Positions 26,492-36,869 of a stretch of 64,000 nucleotides of DNA are shown here, piece by piece. Source of the DNA: Lophium mytilinum. Lineage: Eukaryota. The notes under the pieces are model-generated. The model did not search any database and was not told the origin of the DNA. It saw only the letters and a list, made by a program, of their open reading frames with translations. The stretch covers positions 1,569,464-1,633,463 of the forward strand of contig MU004192.1 of NCBI GenBank assembly GCA_010093605.1, in the 5' to 3' direction. Position numbers and translations under genes: made by a program. The first letter of the stretch is position 1; each line of letters opens with the position of its first letter.

Positions 26492-27561
26492 TCAAACTTG
26501 GTACGTATAATCCAAGTTCCCATGCCATGGGTTAGCTGCGGTAGGTTTGACCAATAGCCACGCCTCGTCCAACGCCTCTACAACTGCCTGTGGCAAAGGA
26601 CCCTTTTTCAGATCTTGGACGTTGCTCTCCAACTGCTTGAAGCTGCTGACGCCAATGATGATACCGTCCTTCCCGGGAGGGAACGCCTTCAGTGCCGAAT
26701 GATGCACACACCATCGCAGGGCGGTCTCAGCCATGGTCAGTCCATGCCCCTCAACCACCGGCTCTAGGAGCTGGATTGCCTCAAAGGTCGCATCTTTGAG
26801 GTATCGCGCGCGGTACATCGCTCCCATTCCACCACCTTCGGCATCGCTGAATCGGCCTTTGAGTGGAACTTCAGCTTTGTCGTATTTCTTTGCAAGCATG
26901 CCCCCAGCAAGAGGGTTGAAGATGACGATATCTAAACCGAAACGGCGGCAGCACGGTATCAATTCAGTCTCAATCGTTCGGGCTACGGGCGCGGTATCAG
27001 CGAGCTGCTTCTTATGTTGCCGAGAATATGTTACTCACTGATTGCATTATAACATCCTTGATAGATGGACGGCCGTACCCAGCCCCGTTCAATACAAATC
27101 GTCACCGCCTCTGCCACCTCAAACGCAGAGAAGTTGCTAAGACCGAGTTTCTTGAACTTCCCCTCCTTGTACAGCTCGTTCACAGCCCCCAAAGTTTCTG
27201 TAATCGGGACGCTCCGGTCTGCGGCGTGAAGATACCATATATCAACCGAGTCTGTTTTCAGCTCTTGAAGTGACTTGTTGGCCATTGCTTTCACAGTCTC
27301 TGCCTTGAACATTCCGGGCTGGATAGGGTACCATTTCGTGGCCATCTTGAGTCCTCTTTCTTTCCACCCGGCCTCCGCAGTGAAGGCTTCTTGCTGACCG
27401 TGAATGTAGAGCCGAGCAGTATCGGCTTCATCGAAGCCTTGATCTTGGAAGTAGTCGAGGCATTTCTTGAAGTCGTCTAGCTTGTCGATTCGAGCTCCCG
27501 GGCCGCCGGGTGGGCCGAAGGTCATCAGCCCAAGAATTGCTCTCGGCGCAGGTGTAGACAT
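26492..27561 (-). CDS. Aldo-keto reductase, AKR7/aflatoxin B1-aldehyde reductase-like
   Basis: ILGLMTFG, DTARLY, YLHAADRS, LGLSNF, YQGCYNAI, FNPLAGG, ALRWCVHHS; one intron at ~26985-27038. Confidence 0.9.
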
Positions 27562-28594
27562 ATTGGAAAGTTGAGTTAAAGTCTGAAGCTGCTGAGTGAG
27601 CTATAGGGGGATGTTGATACTAGTATTCTTTGGAACGAGGATAATGATAGAGAAAGAACCCTGGCCCATTCTGAGTGGCGCAATACAGTTCATTGACCGT
27701 GAATTCCATGACTTTACAATCGTTCTGTAATGACTAGCTAAAGCCGGCTGGTAAAGACGCATGTATGAGCACGATCTTGAGGCCGAGGGTATCTCCGCAC
27801 ATTGGGTATGGATTTCTGAAGAGCGATGTCTTCCATAGTGGTGTTGTAGGTGGGTGGATGGTGCTCCTGGCGCGGATAGGTGGAGATCTTGTCTCCTTCC
27901 GGCCTGTCAATTACCTACGAATTGATTCAATCTGTCCAAATCAACCTCAAGCCCTTCTAGAATACCTCTGGTATGTCATGTGGCGTATTAGGTAACGGAT
28001 CAGCAAATTACTCCATCTTGATCTCTGTAGATAATAAAGTCCACCGCTTTTGGTCCTTCAATAGCGCTAACCAAAAGTGGAAGAGCAAGTCAACTTTTTC
28101 TGACAAGGCAGTTGAGGACAGCGCCGATGTATAAGCCTTCATGCTGACATGGCAAATGAAGCTGTCATGAAGCTCTAAGACCCTCCCGTTTTTCCAAACC
28201 CCGCGTCTAGATGGTGACGCCTAAATTTAGAGGCTTTCGCGTGCTTGGATCTTCCTACTGATTCCGCATCTGTATCGACACAAGCTAATAGCTGAGAATG
28301 CTGCACAAATCTCTTATCGAGCGTTTCGCTCACTCCTTAATCTAGAAAGGGATAATGCAACTTCCTGAACATAACTCGGAAGACGACTTTTAGAGAACTA
28401 GACATCATTAATCAACGTCTTTTGGGCAAGCCTTGTCCGCTATAGTGCGTTTTCCTTTATATTTATCGATTATTTAGTCTCCGCCTAGGCTTAATCCTTG
28501 CGGAAGCAGAACCATTCCGTAAACTCTTCTTCCTACGTTTAAAGATCTATACCATCCAATCTAGCAAGAACGTTGGCTGCGGAAGATTTCAAAC

Positions 28595-29986
28595 ATGTCT
28601 TCTTCCATTCCAGCTACCTGCAAAGCAGGCTGTGTCGTCAACCCCGGTCCAGACTTCAGTGTCGTAATTGAAGAAGTGGCCGTCCCAGAGCCAGGTAAGA
28701 AGCACGACTAGTCAGCTCTATGAGGACGATGTCTCGAGATTACTCATGATCGAATCTGAATACAGGTCCGGATGAGCTCCTCCTGCGGATGAGCACGACG
28801 GGGCTTTGCCACAGCGATATTTCATACATGAGCACTCCGTTCATGTCCGCAAAGATGATCCAGGCTGGCGTTCGATCACCCGGCCATGAGGGTGTCGGTG
28901 TAGTCGTCAAAGTTGGCTCTGCAGTCACTGACTGGAAAATCGGTGATAGAGGCGGCATCAAACCGGTCTGGCGAGTTTGCTTCCAATGTGAGACATGCCT
29001 GGCTGGGTTCGAAATGCATTGCCAGAATTTGATCCCTACAGGCCTTGGAGTTCCAGGTAAGTTATTGTCCGTTGAGACTTTCAGATACAGGATATGATAA
29101 CAATATGGTCATCAGGGACATACCAGGGGTATCTCACAAGTCCGGCATCATATACCCAAAGGATCCCAGACGAGGTAGATGATTTCACTGCCGCACCGCT
29201 CATGTGCAGTGGCACAACAGTATACCGCAGCGTAAGTAGTCCCGCGTACCCGCTTGACCTTACGCTATCATATAAATGCTGACCTGAATTGCCCAAATGA
29301 TAGCTGTATGCAGCAGAATTGAAAGCTGGTGACTGGGTAGTAATATCTGGCGCTGGGGGCGGTGTCGGTCATTTCGGTATACAACTTGCGAAAGTAATGG
29401 GATTACGTGTCATTGCAGTCGACAGTGGCGCGGCTAAGAAGTCTCTATGCGAAGAGCTTGGATCAGATTCATTTATTGATTTCCAAGACGTCGAGAATGT
29501 TTCGGAAGAGGTGCTCAAACTTACTGGAGGCAAAAGTGCTCATGCAATACTCGTAGCATCTGGCTCCGCCCAAGCCTATCAGACTGCTATTCAAATGGTC
29601 AGGTTCGGTGGAAAGATTATGTGTATAGGACATCTTAAGTGTATTCTCCGAAATCTCCTCTACAAGTGACTGAAATTCTCCAAGCTCCACCGGGCTCGCT
29701 TCCCTCGGGACTGGATCCAAACTTGCTCATATTCAAAAGCGCTAAGGTGATTGGAACTATGATTGGGAACATGGCAGATGCCCAGAAAGTACTTGAATTT
29801 GCTGCTCAGGTGAGCTCATGGATAGCATCGATCTCCTGGCACACGCACTGACCTAGGATTTTAATACTTCAGGGCCAACTGCGGGCTGTCTATGAAAGCT
29901 TCCCGATTGATCAGCTTCCACAGGCTGTGGCAAAACTTCATGCTGGTGAAGTTGCGGGAAGGCTCGTTGTTGATTTTAATGCGTAG
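28595..29986 (+). CDS. Zinc-dependent medium-chain alcohol dehydrogenase
   Basis: Six exons; CHSD, GHEGVGVV, CxxCxxC..C structural zinc site, GAGGGVG Rossmann motif, GRLVVDF end. The donor of intron 4 is ambiguous (see findings). Confidence 0.88.
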
Positions 29987-30560
29987 CTGGTGCTGAACCG
30001 TTGATCAAATATCCTTGGAAATCATCGTGCAAGTCGAATCTGATGCCTGAAGTCTCGAACGTATATCATTCCATCAGGATTATAGAACTCGACGAGAGGC
30101 ACCGGGGTAGGAGGGAAATGAGATTGTTGGTTTGACAATGTATCGTGCTCTCAGAATCTTATGGTTAGAGTATCTAATCCACATCAACCCCGAGTGCAAG
30201 AGCCTAGACCGTAAAATCACCTACTATTTAGCTGCTGTTCTATAAATTCTTGAAATTTGTGAAGTTAAAATATACCTTGACTGCACATAATGCTGAATGA
30301 AGGACCTCCAAGTGGCCGGAACATGACCGTAATTCTGCGGGAGCGCCGTGCATGCAGCATACTCCCCAGATTGGCGCAAGGATTAAGCACATTTCTCCGC
30401 AATCTAATCCACTTTGGGTCGGAAAGCTCGTACGAATGCCAATCTGCCACCGAGGTGTGTTCCTCGACAAACTTTGTTCTCAACCTGATTTTGCGTCCTA
30501 GCTTTCTCCTCAGAATCTGAGAGACCTGAAAACCTTCTTCGAGTCACATTGAGTTCAAAC

Positions 30561-32345
30561 ATGGATACCGGAACATCATCCCAGGTTGGGGGGAAATCAA
30601 ATCGCAAGGCGGCCGCGAATAAGAACGATCCCACACGAATAAGTAGAAGAAGACATCAAAATCGTATATCTCAGAGATGTGTCCGGGAAAAGCAACAGGC
30701 ACATAAGAAACAGCTCGAGATGTTTGTCGATATGATCAAATCAAGAAATGAAATACCAGCACAGGGAAACCTCGGTCAAGCTGATTTGCTGGACGCCCAC
30801 ATCGCTCTTATCGAAGAGAACAAAAAATTGAAAGATGCTCTAATGGAAATGAGGAAGAAGTTGATGAGTCTAAGCAATGTTGCTTCGGAAGCCGCAGGTA
30901 AGGGTTTTCTATTGCTACGTAATAGGTCTAGGTACACACTTCTGGGTGTGCGAAGATCTAGGACTAGATATAATCTCTCTTGATTACTTTGGCTATTGCT
31001 TACATCTAGAGTAGACAGCGACATCATTCACGAAATCTTGCAAACCCGAAAGGGCAAGCGTGATACTAGTGAACGATCCATGGAAACATCAAGTTCTCGC
31101 GTACAACGAACCGGAAGCCCTGAAAGTGACTTAAGAGCCATGAACGCGCCAGAGGGCGAACCTTTGAATGCGGTAGACGAGTCTGTTTCCAGATCCGCTA
31201 ACTTGGAGAGCGCGATTGTTACTCTCGACAACGGAACCTCTCACTCTGATGCTACTACTGGTCTCGAACGCAGTGCTGTAAGGGAATCAGACGAACTTGT
31301 CGTAAGAGATGCCGTCAACTCTGCGGAACCTTTACAATTGTTTGACTTTGATTTCGATTTTACGATGTTCGATGTTTATCCACCTCTACTCCCTTCCCTG
31401 AATATCGGACAGATCTCGTCGAATGAGGCGTCAGATGATAGGAACTCTTTCCGTGCAATTCCTTGCGATTTCATTAGCAAAATTGAAAAGGCTTGCCTAA
31501 GATACATCGCACAAACGATTGAGCTACCAGAGTCTGTTGCTGTCGGGAGAAGCCCTTCGACACAGCTAAGTATTGAGGAACGTAGCGCGCAATGCATCTC
31601 CGATGTAGCCGCGATTGCTGTGTATCTCTTGACCGTCTTCTCCGGACTGGACACTTACATCTATAGAATTGGAAGTGATGTGCCTTTCGAACGCATCATG
31701 CGCTGGAGAATCAATCCTACTTACCAAAACCGCGTGGCCATTCCGGATCCATTCCGTCCGACTCCTTTTCAATACAACCTTTTGAATCACCCCATAGCTA
31801 TTGACTTCATACCCTCATCGTCGATAAGAGACCAGCTGATTCTGAAGGCCAACGATTGCGACCTTGATAGGATAATTCAGGATATCTTGCTGCACACGGT
31901 AGTGGAAATACCTCAGCACCAGGTAGCTCTAGCGACGCTTGATGTATACACGCAAAGTATCTTGCCGAAAGACAAAACGCACGAGTTCGAAAATTGGGAA
32001 ATGTTAGCACCCTCGTGGTCGCTCTTCTAGTATAATGCAACGCAAGTGGAGGACGTCCTCGTTCATGAAGTATCATGGAGAATGAAAAATGGAGCAGCGG
32101 CTGGTCTGATGTCCAGGGAAGGCGATCCGATGATACCAAGATTTCGGAGGAATAAGTTGGCTTGCAAATACGGTCTTGATCGAGTGGGACAGTGGAAGCT
32201 AAGCAAAGAGTTTCGTGACAGCCATCCTGATCTTGATTGCAATTTTGGTAAGTCGAGCTCTTTTACGGCTCCTGCACTCTGAGCTGACGATAAAGTTACC
32301 TCATCATACCCTGTAGTTTCACCGTCTTCGATTCCGGCGTTCTAG
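30561..32345 (+). CDS. bZIP transcription factor with DUF3425-like C-terminal domain; in-frame TAG at 32028-32030 (possible pseudogene)
   Basis: Basic region RRRHQNRISQRCVREK plus leucine heptads; HPIAIDFIPSSSIRDQLI and WKLSKEF resemble DUF3425. Introns ~30898-31015 and ~32248-32295. Confidence 0.75.
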
Positions 32346-32900
32346 GACTGAGAAAGAAAGCATTAATCTTGGCCCCTAATTCGGACAAGCCGGCAACATT
32401 CGCAGTTTCGAACGTACTTACGACGCCGGAAGCGAGGATGGAGGTAGAATGAAGTGCTATAGAAGCTCAAGACAGGTGGAAATGATGAGTAATTGAGGAA
32501 GCGGATGTTTTTATCGCTGTAGGAGGTAAATATTGATGAGAAGCCCGCAAGCAGTAGGAGACTATTGGAGAATGACTTTGTGAAAATCGTAAAGAAGATG
32601 TATTATACGCTACGTGCTCGGCATCGTAGTATAGACTTAGATACTTCGAGATCAAAACTGCATAAGGATGATGATGTATAGATGTAGGTTGTGACATTCC
32701 CCATGAAGGTGGATGAAGTTATCAAGATACCTTTGTAGATAGAATGGAATCCACGATGACGAAGTGAGAAGCTCGAGCCCCAAAACTCAACCTCCACCAC
32801 CAACCGACTACACCACAACATCCCAGAGCGCAACACCAGGTCCTCGCGCCCTCAAATGCGCGTGAAGCTCCCAAACTGACCCCAGCAGCACTAATCCACA

Positions 32901-33704
32901 ATGTCCACACCAGCCGCAAAACGTCGACGTGTCGGCGCCTCCTCCGCCCTCCACAAGCCCTTCAAATCCCCATTCCGCACTCCATTGAAGCCGCAGGCCG
33001 ACACTCCATACATCACCTCATGCGCGGAAGACGCCAATACACCTGCCAGCTCTCTTTCGCGCACCACCAACCCGCGAAATCCCACTTATACCCCCGCCCG
33101 CACCCCTATCCGCGCCTCCAACGCCTTGCGCCCCAACTCCACAAATACGCAGCTGATCGCCCTCCGTGCCGAGATCCAAACCCTCACCCAAGCGACCGCC
33201 CTCGCGACGTCCTCCACCGATGCAGACCTCGAAGTCCTGGTCGATCGATGGCGGACTGCGAGCCGGGCTGCGGCGGAGGAGCTGTTCGCCAATACACGGG
33301 ACCGCGTGAACAGGATGGGCGGCGTTGGCGCGTGGCGGGATCGGGAGCGGGATCAACGGGATAGGAATGCGAAGTGGGAGCGAGAAGAGCGGGAGGCGGA
33401 GATGGAGGAGGCGAAGGAGAGGTTGAGAGCTGCGCGAGAGGAAGAGGGTGGTGGTGGGAGTGGGGAACAAGAGGAAAGGGAATATGAGGAAGTTGAGAGG
33501 GAGGATGGGGGTGAGCAAGAGGAGAGCGAAGGTGTAAGGGATGAGGGGGCGGATGATGATGTGAGTGGCGGAGTACAAATGCTGTGTTGCTGGAGGTTTG
33601 CTGATGCGTTGCAGTCATTTACGATGGACATGATGCTCAAGACTCTGAATATCGACCTTGAGGTTATCGGATATGATAAGGTCGGACAGAGGTGGATTGG
33701 GTGA
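32901..33704 (+). CDS. sfr1: Swi5-dependent recombination factor Sfr1/Mei5
   Basis: LHKPFKSPF, DLEVLVDRWRTASRAAAEELF, VNRMGGVGAWR, FTMDMMLKTLNIDLEVIGYD; 54-nt in-frame intron at 33561-33614. Confidence 0.8.
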   Translation: MSTPAAKRRRVGASSALHKPFKSPFRTPLKPQADTPYITSCAEDANTPASSLSRTTNPRNPTYTPARTPIRASNALRPNSTNTQLIALRAEIQTLTQATALATSSTDADLEVLVDRWRTASRAAAEELFANTRDRVNRMGGVGAWRDRERDQRDRNAKWEREEREAEMEEAKERLRAAREEEGGGGSGEQEEREYEEVEREDGGEQEESEGVRDEGADDDVSGGVQMLCCWRFADALQSFTMDMMLKTLNIDLEVIGYDKVGQRWIG

Positions 33705-34604
33705 AGCACGGAGCGAGACGGAGAGTTATGATTTCAGAAGGTGGGAAGATGGAAATATAGAATGAGGCTGAATCTGCCAGAGGAGCTCGTCGCCGTGATC
33801 GCTACGGCAAGTAGTCGAGGGTCTCCGGAGCCTGTGCAGTAGACGCAGAAGCGTTCGCACTGGAGCTTGATATTGGGTTTGAAAGGTATGTCCGTGACGG
33901 ACCTTACTGGTTCGTGAGCTTGCTGTTGATGACCGGAAGCAAATCGTGATTCACGCAGAGGAAGCAATGCTATTGACTTAGCTTACGACATATCGAGGTA
34001 CCCCGCATATATCATGAAGACCTCACTCGCTTCAGCTCGATAGCTCAGTTCTCAATGTCATATTTATTAGTTGGTGATCTGAGACGAATACATGAGTGAA
34101 TTGCAAGCCACTTGACCCAGTCGGGGGTGCCTCAATGACCTATCGCAGGGTGCAAAAATCAGCCCTGTCCGCTCCGATATCTGATCTGCACAGCGAAGTC
34201 ATGTAAATGTCACCTGTATCGAAGGGGTGGATATGAGGAGTACAGTGTCGTCAATTTTGTAGCTCTGTGAGCCAATCCGAAAATATGAGTAAGTAGCTCT
34301 CCAATGTCCACTTTTAGCCATACTTCTTGCTAAAAATAACCAGGCAACGTGCTAATATGTCCGTCCGATACCTAGTGCGCGTCCGTGAATAGATTTCAAG
34401 CTTTATGGAAGCCCCTAAGCCACCAACTCCTGCCAGAGGAAGCAAACGTTTGTGACAATTTAGACTCGAAGTTTGGCGAACCTTCCATACCACATGCCAT
34501 TCCATCCGACTTAAAGCCATGAAATCCCACCAAATACCACCAAAAGAAGTCAACTTCAGGTCGAAAGCCGGGCAAAAATCCCGCTTTCTAGCGCAAATGA
34601 TTAG

Positions 34605-35864
34605 TTATATCCGATCGTCCTGTTGGAGTTTCTTGTAGGCGTTCAACTCTTGCTGTGTTGGTCTCATCTCGACACCTTCGAAGCGAATCGGGTCTTGGCC
34701 GGCTCTCCGGACGAGGAGGAACTTGTACATTCCCAAATTTTTGTTGACCGGCTCGGATTCGACGACATCATAAAGCCCATCATAACGGAAGCCGCCCGCA
34801 GGGCGATATTTGTTCTCCTTGTTCAAATTCCAGGAGCGGATGACCCGGACAGGTTCCTTCTCGTTCTCCGGCATCTCACATGACTCAAACAGCCGCTTCG
34901 TATTTTCAGTCGGAGTTTCATCCGTGCCATCAGTTCCGGTGTACCAGATCTCCTCCCCTTCGTCTTTGTCGCCGTACTTGTGGCCGCCAGAGACCACGAT
35001 GGAATATGTGCCTCTGTTCTTCTCGCCGAATATGCCACCTTGAGCACTCCCGTGAGCTCCATCTCGAAGGGTGCAAAGTTGGGTGGGCCACCATTGGCCG
35101 TTGATAAGGTTGCCCTGTCCGTAGTGGTTTGCGTAAAGTCGCTTTTTGTATTCAGGATCAATCTTGTCGGCATTGCGCTGCCCATCTCTGTTTCTATTGT
35201 AGGCCCTTTTTATCCCGTGGAGGATATCAATAGAGAAAACCCCTCTGCACCATCTAGTGTGAAGCTGCTCGGCATCAAGCTTGATATCCCAAGGATAGTT
35301 AACCCCTTTAGTGAAGTTCAGGTCGAAAATCCGTGGCAACCCTATTCTGTTTTCGAGCATTCGAGTGGCCCTGATCAGATATTGATCTACTGTAAGGAAT
35401 TCCATGTCGTGGATTAGATTTCGTAGGGTAACGAACTGCTCAGTCAAATCCCCCATTGGCGCCTCTTCACATGTCTTACAAGCACCCTTGATACCCGAGA
35501 TCTTGGCGAGTGTGGGTCCATTTCTCGTGTCTTTGCGGGAAGCCTTCACCAGTGGAGCCTCGATTCTGAGCTTGTTGTACCACTCCGGTGGCTGTCGGGC
35601 CTCATCTGTGGGGGATTCGGTCATGGTAACGTCGGTATTATTCGCTCGGGGACGCTTCAGCGGATTTGGCGGTGGGGATTGAGGAATAGACTCAGGCGAG
35701 CTCATTCCAAGGTCAACAATCTCGTAGGGTTGGGTGCGGTTTGGCTGCATGGGCTGGACTGCCCGAGGAACCTCAGCCGGCGGCGGGCTGGGGCTTTCAT
35801 CTGGCCATTTCGCTCGAAAAGCCTTCCGTCGCTTGGCCATGTCCTCATAGTAGTCGTAATCCAT
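34605..35864 (-). CDS. SRA/YDG (SAD_SRA) domain protein
   Basis: 419-aa single ORF with GQWWP..DGAHGSAQGGI..YSIVVSGG..D.DEGEEIWYTG..PVRVIRS..GFRYDGLYDV. Confidence 0.88.
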   Translation of the reverse strand: MDYDYYEDMAKRRKAFRAKWPDESPSPPPAEVPRAVQPMQPNRTQPYEIVDLGMSSPESIPQSPPPNPLKRPRANNTDVTMTESPTDEARQPPEWYNKLRIEAPLVKASRKDTRNGPTLAKISGIKGACKTCEEAPMGDLTEQFVTLRNLIHDMEFLTVDQYLIRATRMLENRIGLPRIFDLNFTKGVNYPWDIKLDAEQLHTRWCRGVFSIDILHGIKRAYNRNRDGQRNADKIDPEYKKRLYANHYGQGNLINGQWWPTQLCTLRDGAHGSAQGGIFGEKNRGTYSIVVSGGHKYGDKDEGEEIWYTGTDGTDETPTENTKRLFESCEMPENEKEPVRVIRSWNLNKENKYRPAGGFRYDGLYDVVESEPVNKNLGMYKFLLVRRAGQDPIRFEGVEMRPTQQELNAYKKLQQDDRI

Positions 35865-36869
35865 GGTAGCGCTAGCCTTGTTTGCGACAGCAAGAGCCGT
35901 TTAGGCGCGGTTTGCGAAGTTGTTTGACAGTTCAAGGCACCTCAAACGCCGTCAAAGTGGAGTGGAGAGGATCTTTGACTATCAGTTAAGCTTTGTGGTC
36001 TGTAGCAGGTAGGAAAGTTGAAATCTGAACAGGCAGATATTGAAGTGCGGTAGGCAAGTGAAATGTTACACAGAGAGATGACGTCATTGCTAGTTCTATC
36101 GGCTTTGTCAAATTGCAGATGATGGGAAGACAAAAAAGATAGCAGGGCGGTAGCAAAGCTCGAATGTTTGTGCGTCGATAAAGTTCGTGGCTCACGATGC
36201 TTGGTGCAAACGCGATCGCGTTCTCATTGGCCATGGGATAGGAGGAAATAGAGTAAATGACTATAGAAAGCGCGGTAGCCACGTACCTTTGTTTGACTGT
36301 TGTTGTCGTTGATGGTGGAGTGTATGGAGGGTGGAGGTCTAAGCGCCCTTACGTGATAAGCGGGACGTCTCGTTCTGACAAGCCTTGGCATGTACAACTC
36401 ATTCACAACTTTGCGGATAGCACCGGTTGAGGTGGCCAGAGGAGCTTAACGCTTGTCCAAAACAATTGAAATACAGTTTCCGAAGATGTTTTGAAGCACT
36501 TCACACAGTGTGAAGAGATTGTACTCCCTTATTTAGAGCGCGATCGATAACCTTTGTAAGTGGTTCTCGGACCGTGAAAGTCTCAGCACGTATCTACTAG
36601 GATGCAATACCTGATGGTAGATTATGTATCAGACGGAGCTGGCTGGAGTGGCTCCATGATTTTAACGCTTGTTCAAAACAATCAAGATACCTCCCATCGA
36701 AATTTTTGATATCACGCCGAAGGACTTCTAACGGTGCTAGAATAGCCGAGAGCGCATACTTGTCAAGAGAATGCAATTATGTCGGGAACCCTTTGCTGAC
36801 ATGAATCGCTTGAGAGGGCCTTGCCCTTCAACGTGATGGCTTCAGTATTTATATGTCCATTCGAACCCT

